In this document: piece after piece, positions 21,007 through 37,769 of the stretch
Position numbering within the stretch: position 1 is the stretch's first letter
How the letters are laid out: every line of letters starts with the position of its first letter
Assembly (NCBI GenBank): GCA_963733375.1
Contig: CAVTDB010000020.1
Coordinates: forward strand, 15,734-79,733
Length of the DNA: 64,000 bases
Source: Nitrospirota bacterium
GTDB lineage: Bacteria > Nitrospirota > JACRHJ01
Direction: 5' to 3'
Made by a program: the position numbers and the translations under genes
The notes under the pieces: model-generated
The model's input: the letters and a program-made list of their open reading frames with translations, nothing else
Told to the model about the DNA's origin: nothing
Databases searched by the model: none

Positions 21007-22743
21007 TTATCCCTTGTATTCTATTCCCGCCCACCACTTCGGGTCCACGTCCGGGAAAATATCGTCGCGCTCCTTCGTCATTCCCAGGAACTCCCACTCG
21101 CCCTGGGCGACCTTCTCGCCGCGCCCGTATTTTTCCGCCATGTCGGCGAGCCTCTTGAACGTCGAAAAATGTTCCGTGAACCGCATCTCCGCGTAGTCCC
21201 TGGCGCTCCAGGTGCTGATAAGGAACTGCCAGTCCGAACTCTGGAGCAGAAGCAGCTCGCGGGCGGCCTGCTTGAGGATGTCCTGGAGGTTCTCGTCTTC
21301 CTTGTCCGCGAATTCACGGGCAAGCGACAGCATCCTCGTCTCGGCCTCGTAGATATGCTTCCAGGTCCACTCGGTCCACTCGTTTAACCATATGTAATGG
21401 AACCCGCCCTCGCCCCACGAGCCTTCCGGGAGCGAGACCAGCTGGCCTTTTTTCTGGGCGGAGACATATTCGCCGCCGGTAACCAGGTCCACCTCGCCGT
21501 CCTCGGCGAAATTCTTTATCACATGGTAGAGCCACTCCGGACCCTCGAACCACCAATGCCCGAAAAGCTCCGCATCGTAGGGCGCGGTCAGGATGCCGGG
21601 CGTCTTTTTATCCTTTAAATGCTCGGAGAGCGCCGCCTTCACCATCTCCTTGAAATGATATGCCTGCTCCGGGATGAATTTTTGCGCCATCTCCGGCTTG
21701 TAATTTTTTTTCTCCGCCAGGTCCGCCTTGATATCGGTGACGGCCCAGTACCGAAGGCCGCCGGGGAAGCGTTTCTTGTGAAAATCCAGATACTGCGAGT
21801 TGCCGGGATAGCCGTGCTCGCCGCTCCATACCTGGAGGCCGGTCTTCGGGTCGCGGGTCAGTATCGCGACGGGCTTTTTCCCCGGCTTCGTCCCCACGAA
21901 ATATACGTCGTAGGGCGATTTTTCCGGGTCCAGCGGGCGGGGCTTGAACCCCTTGGCGAACTCTCCCCAGAGCTTTTCCAGCGCCTCGAACCTGTCCAGG
22001 TACACGCCTATCGGCTTGCCGCCTTCCAGCATGTGCGAGTCCACGATGAAGTACTGGATGCCGTTCTCGCTTAAGAACTCCTCGACCCCTTTGCGGTCGT
22101 AAGGTTCAAGGCCCGGCGAGGGCACGGGGGCGGTCCATTTGTATCCCGGCCGGTACGCGCACTCCGGAAGCCACATGCCCTTGGGCTTTCTTCCGTAGTT
22201 TCTGCGGTACGAGGCCACCGCCTGCTTCACCTGCGCCTGGATGCTCTCGTCGCGCGAGAGAAGCGGAAAATATCCGTGGGTCGCGCCGCAGGTTATTATC
22301 TCGATATGCCCCTGCCTCTGGTAATCGGCGAACGCCTTTACGACGTCGCGCTTGTACTTGTTATTGAACGCATCCAGGGCGCCGCCGTAGAAATCCTCCC
22401 ACATCTTCGCGACCTTCGCGAGACCCGGCTCTTTTATCTTCTTGAATTCCGCAATGTCCGCCTGCGCCGCCTCGATTTTATTCTCCAGGTATCCCACGAA
22501 TTCGTCGTGGAAGCCTTTGTTTTTGAGCATTTCGGTCAGGACGGGCGTGATACCCAGGGTAATCTTCGGCGATATGCCCTCATCGACCAACCGGCCGATG
22601 ACATTAAGGATCGGGATATAGGTTTCGGCCATCGCCTCGTTAAGCCAGTCGGTGCCGTGCGGCCACCGGCCATGAGAGAGGACATACGGGAGGTGCGAGT
22701 GCAGGACGAACGTGAAGCTTCCCAATTTTTTGCGAGCGGCCAC
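21007..22743 (-). CDS. GH57 1,4-alpha-glucan branching enzyme (DUF1957 domain)
   Basis: 'LHSHLPYV', 'ETYIP', 'WLPECAY', 'PYDAELFGHWWFEG', 'QSSDWQF'. Confidence 0.93.
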   Translation of the reverse strand: MAARKKLGSFTFVLHSHLPYVLSHGRWPHGTDWLNEAMAETYIPILNVIGRLVDEGISPKITLGITPVLTEMLKNKGFHDEFVGYLENKIEAAQADIAEFKKIKEPGLAKVAKMWEDFYGGALDAFNNKYKRDVVKAFADYQRQGHIEIITCGATHGYFPLLSRDESIQAQVKQAVASYRRNYGRKPKGMWLPECAYRPGYKWTAPVPSPGLEPYDRKGVEEFLSENGIQYFIVDSHMLEGGKPIGVYLDRFEALEKLWGEFAKGFKPRPLDPEKSPYDVYFVGTKPGKKPVAILTRDPKTGLQVWSGEHGYPGNSQYLDFHKKRFPGGLRYWAVTDIKADLAEKKNYKPEMAQKFIPEQAYHFKEMVKAALSEHLKDKKTPGILTAPYDAELFGHWWFEGPEWLYHVIKNFAEDGEVDLVTGGEYVSAQKKGQLVSLPEGSWGEGGFHYIWLNEWTEWTWKHIYEAETRMLSLAREFADKEDENLQDILKQAARELLLLQSSDWQFLISTWSARDYAEMRFTEHFSTFKRLADMAEKYGRGEKVAQGEWEFLGMTKERDDIFPDVDPKWWAGIEYKG

Positions 22744-22846
22744 TTTTCACCTGTAGATAAGTTGTTAGAAAAACAGGGAGTTTAAGCGTTAATTTTCGCA
22801 CAAAAGGGGGAATTTATCAAGGGGAAATGCGGGTTTTCGGAAAGGG

Positions 22847-23016
22847 TTAATCTTCGACGATGGCCCCGGAGGGGCATGATTCCATGCAGGACGCGCACTC
22901 GATGCATTTGCCGGTTATTTTAAATGCGGCCCCGGACGCCTCGATGGCATCGCTTGGGCACTCTTCCCGGCACGCGCCGCAGGCGATGCACTGGTCTTGT
23001 AAAATAACAAAGGACA

Positions 23017-23017
<1 letters not shown>
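22847..23017 (-). CDS. 2x[4Fe-4S] ferredoxin (56 aa)
   Basis: Below the ORF-track cutoff. My translation: MSFVILQDQCIACGACREECPSDAIEASGAAFKITGKCIECASCMESCPSGAIVED, with two CxxCxxCxxxCP motifs. ATG overlaps the frr stop (TAATG). Confidence 0.9.
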
Positions 23018-24948
<1,931 letters not shown>

Positions 24949-24975
24949 CTCTGAAATTCCTCCAACAATCTTAGT

Positions 24976-25050
24976 AACTCCCCCTTAAGTCCCCCTCTTT
25001 AGAAGCGACCCATCGGAATGGGTGCCCCGGAGGGGTATTAAGGGGGAGTT
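24976..25050. repeat. REP-like palindrome between rpsB and tsf
   Basis: Perfect 13-bp inverted repeat AACTCCCCCTTAA...TTAAGGGGGAGTT enclosing an inner ACCCAT/ATGGGT hairpin. Confidence 0.6.
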
Positions 25051-25065
25051 ATGAGAATTTTTATA

Positions 25066-25881
25066 TTACACGACCCCCGCGTCCCCAGCTTCGGCGGCGG
25101 TATCAGACTCATGCGCGGCGGGCACCTCCGGCTTCTCGCCGGTCTCCTCTTCCACGGACGCCATGGAGGCGGCTACACGGCCTTCCACCTTGTCCTTGTG
25201 CCTCTGCTGGCCTTCGGTTACGGCATCGGCCATCTTCGAGGCGATAAGCTTTATCGCGCGGATAGCGTCGTCGTTTCCGGGGATTACGTAGTCTATTACT
25301 TCCGGGTCGCAGTTGGTGTCCACTATACCCACCACCGGGATGCCAAGGCGCCTCGCCTCCAGGACCGCTATGGCTTCCTTGCGGGGGTCCACCACGAACA
25401 CCGCGCCGGGAAGCCTGGGCATGTCTTTTATTCCGCCCAGGTTCTTCAGGAGCTGCAGGCGCTTCTTCTCGAGAGAGGATACCTCTTTTTTGCTTATCTT
25501 TTCGTAGGTGCCGTCCTCTTTCATCTTTTCGAGCTTGCGGAGCTTTTCGATGCCCTTCTTCAATGTCTCGAAGTTCGTCAGCATGCCGCCCAGCCAGCGC
25601 TGGTTGACGTAATACTGGCCGCAGCGGCCGGACTCCTCGGCAATCGAGTCCTGCGCCTGTTTTTTCGTGCCGACGAAAAGGACCGGTTTTCCTTCCGCGG
25701 CCACGTCAGACACGAAATTATACGCCTCCTTGAACTTCCGGAGCGTCTTCTGAAGGTCGATTATGTATATGCCGTTTCTCTCCCCGAAGATGTACTTCTT
25801 CATCTTGGGGTTCCACCTCTTCGCCTGATGGCCGAAATGCACTCCGGCCTCAAGGAGCTCCTTCATCGTAATTACCGCCAC
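25066..25881 (-). CDS. rpsB: 30S ribosomal protein S2
   Basis: '[14 protein letters not shown]', 'RWLGGMLTN', '[10 protein letters not shown]'; GTG start at 25881 after GGAGG. Confidence 0.98.
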   Translation of the reverse strand: MAVITMKELLEAGVHFGHQAKRWNPKMKKYIFGERNGIYIIDLQKTLRKFKEAYNFVSDVAAEGKPVLFVGTKKQAQDSIAEESGRCGQYYVNQRWLGGMLTNFETLKKGIEKLRKLEKMKEDGTYEKISKKEVSSLEKKRLQLLKNLGGIKDMPRLPGAVFVVDPRKEAIAVLEARRLGIPVVGIVDTNCDPEVIDYVIPGNDDAIRAIKLIASKMADAVTEGQQRHKDKVEGRVAASMASVEEETGEKPEVPAAHESDTAAEAGDAGVV

Positions 25882-25884
25882 TTT

Positions 25885-26005
25885 GCACCTCCGATTGGTT
25901 TTTGCCTCCACCCCGGTTTGCGAAGGGAACTCTCAGAAACCGCCGGAATAACCGGCCGATTCATGAAAGCACCGCCCTACGGTTATGGCCCGGGGTGTGC
26001 GAGAT
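25885..26005 (-). promoter_or_regulatory. Probable rpsB (S2) autoregulatory leader RNA
   Basis: Long 5' UTR with GCACACCCCGG near its 5' end and CCGGGGTGGAGG near its 3' end, the complementary pattern typical of S2 leaders. Confidence 0.5.
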
Positions 26006-26078
26006 AGATACCCGGCCTGTAATCAGCCGGGAAACCTGCAATTTATAACATAAAGCTCGCGGTATTGCAAGGTCTTTT

Positions 26079-26786
26079 TCAGAAATGGTAACCCTTGTAC
26101 CCTTCCGTGAATTCCTCGTCTTTAAGTCCGGTGTTTACTTTTAAATCACTGTACCCGTAGCTTTCCAGGAACTCGTCTCCCGGCCCGAAAATCTTTATTT
26201 TTATCGGCAGGTTAAGCTCCTTGTCAACCCATATCTCCATTTTCGGGGCATAATACCCTTCAGCCGGCGTCTCTTTTACGATATGCCAGGCCCTGCGCCC
26301 GTAAACCTCATCCTCCCCCAAAAACTTGAGCTTCAGCTCCCCCCGTTCCCTGCCGCGCTTAAGGTCTTTATCCAATATTTCAATGAGTCTGCCTATCCCC
26401 GCGTCGGTTATGGGATGCCGGTTCCCCTTCATGGCGATATTCCCGGTAGGCTCCATATGAAGCGTAATGAAGCCGATTATCCCTCCCTCGTGCCCGATTA
26501 CCTTGCCGCCATTCTCGCCGCGGACGTAGAGCGACTCTCTTCCCTCGTGAGGGCCGGGGAGCCAATGCAGATATATTTTAAAAGGCTTTTTGAACTTGAG
26601 CTGGATTTTTTCCTCGGGCAGGACCGTCCCTTTCACCCGCTCCTGCTTGTAAAAAACAGCCGTGTAGTCATCTACCTTCGAATAGGCGCCGCTCATCCCG
26701 TTTAAAATCTCCGCGGGGTCCTGTGCAGAGGCCGGGACGGATATAATAAGAAAAAGGGAAAAGGCTATAAAAATCATTTTTGCCAT
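26079..26786 (-). CDS. DUF1571 / LolA-like exported protein
   Basis: Signal peptide, 'DYTAVFYKQERV', 'KFKKPFKIYL', 'RHPITDAGIG', 'ESYGYSDLKVNTGL'. Confidence 0.75.
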   Translation of the reverse strand: MAKMIFIAFSLFLIISVPASAQDPAEILNGMSGAYSKVDDYTAVFYKQERVKGTVLPEEKIQLKFKKPFKIYLHWLPGPHEGRESLYVRGENGGKVIGHEGGIIGFITLHMEPTGNIAMKGNRHPITDAGIGRLIEILDKDLKRGRERGELKLKFLGEDEVYGRRAWHIVKETPAEGYYAPKMEIWVDKELNLPIKIKIFGPGDEFLESYGYSDLKVNTGLKDEEFTEGYKGYHF

Positions 26787-26844
26787 CGATGGACGCTCCT
26801 CATATGTTATCTTATTAATAATAGCCTAAAGGGAGGTTTTCTAC

Positions 26845-28059
26845 ATGAAAGTCGCTGAGATAAAAAAAGGCATTTACTGGGTCGGGGCGGTCGATTGGGG
26901 CATCCGCGATTTCCACGGCTATATCATCCCGGAAGGAACTTCCTACAACAATTACCTCATCATGGACGAAAACCCCACGCTGATAGATACCGTGAAGCAC
27001 GACTTCGCCCATATAACGCTGGATAATATCCGCTCGTTAATTGACCCCCATAAAATCCGTTACGTCGTCATAAACCATATCGAGCCGGACCATGCCTCGT
27101 CGGCCGTCGAGATAATGGAGGCATGTCCGCTTGCCACGATGTACATGACGGAGAAGGGACGCAAGGGCCTGGAAAAATATTTCGACATATCGAAATGGAC
27201 GATCCATACCGTAAAGACGGGCGACACGCTCCACTTGGGCAAGCGGACGCTTGTGTTCGTCGAGACGCCGATGCTCCATTGGCCCGATTCCATGTTCACG
27301 TACGTACAGGAGGAAAAGCTCCTCTTCAGCCAGGACGTCTTCGGCCAGCATATCGCCACGGCCTGCCGGTTCGACGACGAGTACACCGACTGCGAATCCG
27401 TATCCATGCTTGAGGACGCGGTGCTGGACTACTACGCGAACATCCTGATGCCTTTCGGGAGCCTTGCAAAGATGAAGCTCGACGAGGTGGCGAAGCTTAA
27501 GCTTGAAATCGATATGATAGCCCCGGACCACGGGGTGATATGGAGGAAGGGCGTATCCAAAATAGTCCGGATGTATCAGGATATGGCGTCTTTAAAGGCG
27601 CGGCTGTCCGTGGCGATAATCTACGATACCATGTGGGAGAGCACGGCCCAGATGGTCCAGCCCATTTTAAACGGAGTGCTGGACGGCGGGGTGGAATGCA
27701 AGGTCATAAAGCTCCGGGCCACGCCGATGAGCGTGGCGGTGAAGGAGCTGTGGAGGGGGCGCGGCGCGATAATCGGCTCGCCCACTTTAAATAACGGATT
27801 ATTCCCCTCCGTGGCGGAGTTCCTGCGCTACCTCCGGGGGCTGCGGCCCAAAGGGAGGCTGATGGGCGCGTTCGGGAGCATGGGCTGGAGCGGCGGCGCG
27901 GTCAAGGAGGCATACGGCGAGTTCGAGAAGATGGGACTGGAAGTAGTCGAGCCGGGCATTGAATGCATTCACCGCCCCGACACCGACGACGCGGAGAAGT
28001 GCTACCAGTACGGCCTTGAGTTCGCGAAGCGGGTAAAGGAGTACGACAAGAAGTTCTAA
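26845..28059 (+). CDS. fprA: Flavodiiron protein (FprA/NorV-like O2/NO reductase)
   Basis: 'GTSYNNYL', 'HIEPDH', 'MLHWPDSM', 'DVFGQH', 'PDHG', flavodoxin 'YDTMWEST..GSPT..FGSMGWSG'. Confidence 0.93.
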   Translation: MKVAEIKKGIYWVGAVDWGIRDFHGYIIPEGTSYNNYLIMDENPTLIDTVKHDFAHITLDNIRSLIDPHKIRYVVINHIEPDHASSAVEIMEACPLATMYMTEKGRKGLEKYFDISKWTIHTVKTGDTLHLGKRTLVFVETPMLHWPDSMFTYVQEEKLLFSQDVFGQHIATACRFDDEYTDCESVSMLEDAVLDYYANILMPFGSLAKMKLDEVAKLKLEIDMIAPDHGVIWRKGVSKIVRMYQDMASLKARLSVAIIYDTMWESTAQMVQPILNGVLDGGVECKVIKLRATPMSVAVKELWRGRGAIIGSPTLNNGLFPSVAEFLRYLRGLRPKGRLMGAFGSMGWSGGAVKEAYGEFEKMGLEVVEPGIECIHRPDTDDAEKCYQYGLEFAKRVKEYDKKF

Positions 28060-29270
28060 ATATTGTTTTTAACCCTGTTGGAGATTTCCATGAAAGTCTC
28101 CAGCAGGGCCTCTTTCCCCTCAAGAGAAATCGCGCGCACGGATTTTAATATCGGTATCCTGTCCCCGTCTCTGGTGAGGATGACCCCCTCCGACAAGTTT
28201 ATAGGCATACCCAAGTTTATGATGGGACATTTATTTAACTCAGTAGGACAGACCAGGTCTTCACACATTTTATTTACAATGTCGGTCTCCGACTCATAGC
28301 TCATCATCTCAAGCGCGGTCTTGTTGACCATCCTTATAACGTGGTCGCAGTCTATGACCATTATCCCGAAATTTACGTTGTCGAAGATATCCTTCAAGGT
28401 CTTGTTCGAATGGGCCACCAGTTCCTCGGCCTGTTTCATTTGCGTAATATTGAGGCTCACGCCCCATACCCGCACGAGGAGGCCGTTTTCCACCATGCCA
28501 AGGCTGCTGTTTCTGAGGTAGACTTTGTTCCCCTGCCTGTCCAGGATGTGGGCTCGGCGCGCACGCACGGTAACCCGACCGGATGAAATTCCTGAAGGTC
28601 TCGATATTGCGCGGGTCCGAGCGTGGGCAAGAGTCCGATATCCGCGAGCCTCGTGAATTCCTCTATGCTGTCATATCCGAACATCTGGGCCGCGGCTTCA
28701 TTGCATTCCGCCACGTAGGCGTTCTTGTAAACGAGGTCTACCTGTTCGTCTTCCGGAAGCGAGACCGGGATGGGCGAATCAAATTCTATCCGCCATATGG
28801 CCTCGGAGGCTGTTGGCGACGAAGGTGCGGTAGCGGGTTTCGCTTTCAAATAAGGCCGTTTCCGCGGCCGTCTTTGCGCGCTCCGCGATCCTTTTCTTTA
28901 TCGCCTGCTCGACCGAATTTATTATCCTTGCAAAATGGGCGAAACCTGTTTCCTTTGTGTAATAGTCGTCCGCCCCGTTCTTGAACGCGTCCCGGGCAAC
29001 CTGCTCGTTGCCCTGGCCGGTAACGAAGATAAACGGGACATCGTTTCCTTGCTCCCTTACGGCTTTCAGGAATTCCATCCCGTCCATTTCGGGCATCTGG
29101 AAGTCCGAAAGTATGCAGTCAACGGGGTTATTTTTCAGGTATTCAAGGGCTTCCCGTCCGCCGCCTGCGAACGAAATAGAAAAATGCCGGGCGTCCCTGA
29201 GGAGTCTGAAGCTGATCAATCGAGCCATGTCAACGTCGTCATCCACTATGAGAACACGCAAATTTTCCAT
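28056..29270 (-). CDS. Response regulator REC-PAS-PAS protein with no output domain (two frameshifts)
   Basis: REC 'VDCILSDFQMPEMDG', followed by PAS-like segments in ORFs 28457-28849 and 28056-28568. Confidence 0.75.
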
Positions 29271-29387
29271 GGCTTCCTCTAAGAGTCAATATATATTAAT
29301 TATTATACAAAAAAAAGAATATCCGGTCAATTACCCACAACATCTTGTTGTTAAAACTTGACTTGAACTGCCTGCTTGTGTTATTTA

Positions 29388-30201
29388 TTGCAAGTCATTA
29401 TCGAAGGGAGAACGGTCATAAACATCAGGGTCTGCACGCTCGCCTCGGGGAGCAAAGGGAACTGCATACTTGTCGAGGGCGGCGAGCGTTAAAATCCTGG
29501 TGGACGCCGGCCTCTCCCTGCGCGAGACGAAACTCCGGCTTTCCCAAATCGGCATCAAGCCCGAAGAGATTTCCGCGGTATTAATCACCCACGACCATCG
29601 CGACCATGTCCAGGGCCTAGGGCCAGTCGCGCGCGGCCTGCGCTTACCCGTATACATGACTGAGAAGACCTGGGGCGTCGTCCGGTCCTGGCAGGGGAAG
29701 GGCTTCAAGGTAATGGATTTCGAGGCGGGGACGGCTTTCAATATAGGCGGTCTGACTGTCGAGCCTTTCTCCACCCCGCACGACGCGGCGGACCCGGTAG
29801 GCTTTTGCTTTTATGCCGGGAATGTCAAGGCGGGGCTGGCGACGGATTTGGGATACGCGACCAGTCTTGTGATGGAGCGGCTTAAAGGCTGCGATATCCT
29901 TGTGCTGGAGTCCAACCACGACCCCAAAATGCTTAAGGAAGGCCCTTATCCCTGGCCGCTCAAGCAGCGCGTCTCGGGTAAAGAAGGCCACCTCTCCAAC
30001 GAGGACGCCGCCGCCCTTTTGTCCGACCTTATTCACCCGGGCCTTAAGTCTGTGACGCTCGCCCACTTAAGCCAGATAAACAACCTCCCCGAGCTGGCGT
30101 ACCAGACCGCCAGGGAAGCGCTCGTCAGATGTTCATGCGATGGGGATATAGCGATAGGCGTAGCGAGGCAGGATATATCGGGCGCTTTCTCGGCGGCTTA
30201 A
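29388..30201 (+). CDS. Metallo-beta-lactamase fold nuclease, YycJ/WalJ family (frameshift near 5' end)
   Basis: 'LASGSKGNC' in the upstream frame, then 'THDHRDH', 'HDAADP', 'ESNHD', 'GHLSN', 'LAHLS'. Start uncertain. Confidence 0.85.
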
Positions 30202-30266
30202 AGCCTTCTACCATCCCCACGGCGGCTATAGCGTCATTTGGCGGAGTCGCAGAGGTTCGCGGATGC

Positions 30267-34293
<4,027 letters not shown>

Positions 34294-34468
34294 GTTTAAA
34301 ACCTCCGCGTAAGACTATAGAATGCGTGCCCGGCCATGTCAATGCTATAATTTTTACGGGGACCGGGTCTTCGCATTGGGCTCTTTCTGAAGTAGCAACA
34401 GTTCTTAAATATTATATTTGCGCATACTGATTTTTGTGCTATATTAGTTATTAAATACTGCTTAATAC

Positions 34469-34542
34469 GGCGACGTAGCCAAGAGAACAGGCAGAGGCCT
34501 GCAAAGCCTCCTACAGGGGTTCAAATCCTCTCGTCGCCTCCA
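34469..34542 (+). tRNA. tRNA-Cys(GCA)
   Basis: Acceptor GGCGACG/CGTCGCC, discriminator U plus encoded CCA, anticodon arm GAGGC-CT-GCA-AA-GCCTC, T-loop TTCAAAT. The D-loop is atypical. Confidence 0.88.
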
Positions 34543-34548
34543 AACATC

Positions 34549-34582
34549 ATGGGCCATCCTTAAACGGATGGCCCATTTTTTT
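34549..34582 (+). terminator. Intrinsic terminator after tRNA-Cys
   Basis: ATGGGCCATCC-TTAAAC-GGATGGCCCAT followed by a T-run. Confidence 0.8.
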
Positions 34583-34652
34583 ACCCGGTCCCGCCTTTGA
34601 CCCCTATCTTATTGAGAGATATAATTTAAGTAGAGGTTCAAAGAGGTTTTCA

Positions 34653-36339
34653 ATGCGTGAAGGTTTTAAAAAGTTCTTCGCACGCTCCGTTCCGAAGACG
34701 ATAATCATAATCTTCGGGGTTTTCGCCGCCATAATCCTCATGCTGTTCGTCGCCTCGTTTTTCGTGGACAAGCCACTTGGGGGCTACCTGGAAAAAACGA
34801 TGAACACCAAGCTGAAGGGCTATCACGTCAGCCTTCCCGGTGCGCATTTCCAGATAATCGGGTTTTCTCTCACACTAAAAGACCTCAAGATCATGCAGGA
34901 CGAGCACCCGGACCCGCCGATAGCCTATATACCGAGCCTGACCGCGAGCGTGCAGTGGCGTGAGCTTTTAAGCGGGAATTTGGTCGCTGATCTGGAATTC
35001 GACAAGCCGCAGATGCACGTCGATTTAACACAGCTCCGGACGGAGGCCAAAAGGACGACGAAGATAAAGAACGAGGGCTGGCAGCAGGCATTCGAGTCTA
35101 TATACCCTCTGGATATTAACCATATAATTTTTAATGACGGAGACATCGTATATATAGACGTGGACCAAAAGATGCCTCTGCACATCAAGCACCTGAACAT
35201 GGAGGCGGACAACATCAGAAACATTCACTCCAGGGAGAGCGCCTATCCATCACTGTTGCATGCGGAAGCGGTAGTCTTCGGCACTGGGAAGGGGACCATC
35301 GACGGAAACGCGGATTTCCTGAAAGAACCTTACATGGGCGTTAAAACGAAATTCAAACTGAAAGACGTGCCCCTGGACCGCTTCAAATCCATGACCGCCA
35401 GGGAGAACGTAAAGATAAGCGGCGGGGTAATTTCCACCGAGGGAGAGATAGAATACGCGCCGCACGTAGAGACGGTGCATGTATCCGACCTGACTATCGA
35501 CAATGTCAAAATAGATTACCTGCACTTGCCGAAGACGGCACAGGCCGAGGCGGCGCGGGTGGCCGCTGTGAAGACTGCCGCGAAGAAAGCCGGCAATAAA
35601 CCGGAGATGCTCCTGAAGCTGGACAAGATGAGGCTGACACACAGCGAGCTTGGATACGTGAACATGACCAAAAGCCCCGGCTACAGGGTCTTTATTTCCG
35701 GCGTGGACCTGACGGTAAAAAACTTCTCGAACCACTTCACCGAGGGCGTATCCGACATCACGCTTTCGGGTCTCTTCATGGGCAACGGCAAGACCACCGC
35801 CTCACGCCGCTTTCAGGCCGGAGATGGCCGGTCCTGATTTCGACCTGAAACTCGCGATAAACAACACAGACCTGATATCCATGAACAAGATACTGCTCTC
35901 ATACGGAAATTTCGACGTGGTGCACGGGTTTTTCTCATTGTACGTGGACATTCATGTGAAGAATAAAAAGATAAAGGGGTATATTAAACCGTTATTTATA
36001 AATATGCAGGTGTACGACAAGCGTAAGGACGCGGAAAAGAGCCTGTTCCACAAACTCTACGAGATGCTGGTAGGCGGGATAGCCCATATCCTGGAGAACC
36101 CGCGCTCCGCGGTCGCGACGAAGGTGGAGATTTCCGGGGAGGTGAAAAACCCCCAGACGAGCACATGGCAGACAATAATCAGGCTTATCGAAAACGCATT
36201 CTTCCATATGATACTGCCGGGCTTCGACAGGAGCATCAAGGGCACGGAAAACAACCCGCCCCCAGAGGGTTATAATCTTTTCAGTCCGGCTTATTATGCC
36301 GACTATGGACAAGCGCGACTTGACGGGCATTATGCGTGA
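34653..36339 (+). CDS. DUF748 (AsmA-like) domain protein, frameshift near 35820
   Basis: N-terminal anchor, beta-rich repeats, C-terminal 'GYIKPLF..VATKVEISG..IENAFF'. Confidence 0.75.
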
Positions 36340-36412
36340 CTATATATTCTGTTTAACATAGGGGACAATATAATTTGAGAGGGGCAAGGGGATAACAAAA
36401 GGAGAATAAAAA

Positions 36413-36868
36413 ATGGAAAAAATGTTTGAACTCCTGCAGCAGGACCACCGGGAGATTTCACAGATGATAAGCCAGATGCAGAGGTCAAGCGGCCAGAAGA
36501 GGGAAAAGCTCTTCTCCCAATGCGCGGACGCTCTGGACATGCACATGCAGATAGAGGAAGATTACCTGTACCCGGCCCTTGAGGACATCGACGAGACCAA
36601 GGACCTGGTCCGCGACTCCTACGAGGAGCACAAGATGGTCAAGAAGCAGATTAAGGAAATGGAGAAACTGAACGTGGACGACCAGAAATGGGATGCAAAG
36701 CTCCTGGCGATGAAGGAAAATATCGAAAGCCACGTCCAGCAGGAGGAGACCGTGCTGTTCAAGCAGGCGCCGAAGGTGCTTTCCGCGCGAGGAGCTGGAA
36801 GATTTGAACTACCAGATAATAGAAGAGAAAGAGGCGGCATAAGCGGCCTTATATGCGAGGGGGGCTAA
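36413..36868 (+). CDS. Hemerythrin (HHE) domain protein
   Basis: 'LLQQDH', 'HMQIEEDYLYP', 'EEH', 'HVQQEE..LF'; the true stop may be 36842. Confidence 0.85.
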   Translation: MEKMFELLQQDHREISQMISQMQRSSGQKREKLFSQCADALDMHMQIEEDYLYPALEDIDETKDLVRDSYEEHKMVKKQIKEMEKLNVDDQKWDAKLLAMKENIESHVQQEETVLFKQAPKVLSARGAGRFELPDNRRERGGISGLICEGG

Positions 36869-36897
36869 AAGCCCCCCCGGCCTGAGGAATAAAGAAT

Positions 36898-37769
36898 ATG
36901 GCACATGCAATCTGGAAAGGAAGCATCAGCTTTGGACTGGTGCAGATACCTGTAGGGCTTTATTCGGGGGAGAAGCGGGAAGATTTAAACTTCACGATGC
37001 TCGATAAAAGAGACCTGTCTCCCGTCGGATACAAGCGGTACAACAAGAACACGGGCGAGGAAGTCGGCTGGAATGACGTACTGAAGGGTTACGAATACGA
37101 AGAAGGCCAGTATGTGGTGCTGTCGGAAGAGGACCTGAAAAACGCCAACCCGAAGGCAACCCAGACCGTAGAGATACTGGACTTCGTGGACGCGGATGAA
37201 ATACCCCCCGAATACTTCGACAAACCTTATTATCTGGCGCCCACTAAAAAAGGGAAAAAGGGCTATGCGCTGCTGCGGGAAACGCTGAAGAAAACCGGTA
37301 AAGCGGGCATAGCAAAGGTCGTCATCCATACCCGTGAATATATCGCGGCGCTCATGCCCCAGGGCAAGCGTACTCGTGCTGGATATCCTCCGCTACCCCT
37401 ATGAGATAAGAGATACCTCCGACCTTGAAATACCCGGAGAAAAAATCTCGGAGCTGGGCGTGACGGACAAGGAAATACAGATGGCCGAGATGCTCGTCAA
37501 GGGCATGGTGGACAAGTGGGACCCCTGCCAGATACAAGGATACGTACCGCGAAGACGTATTGAAGATGATAGCGGAGAAGGTGAAGACGGGCGACACGAA
37601 GCATCTGGCGGAAGCGGCCGGGAAAGAGGAGAAAAAGGGCGCGGAGATAATAGACCTGATGTCGCTGCTTAAGAAGAGCGTCGAAGAGAAAGAGGCCCGG
37701 AGGAAAAAAGCGCCCGCAAAACCTGAAAAGAAGCCGGTGACTGAGAAGGCCGGGAAGAAGGCGGCATAG
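36898..37769 (+). CDS. ku: NHEJ Ku protein (two frameshifts)
   Basis: 'AIWKGSISFGLVQIPV', 'KGYEY', 'PYYLAP', 'LRYPYEIR', 'IIDLMSLLKKS'. Confidence 0.92.
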
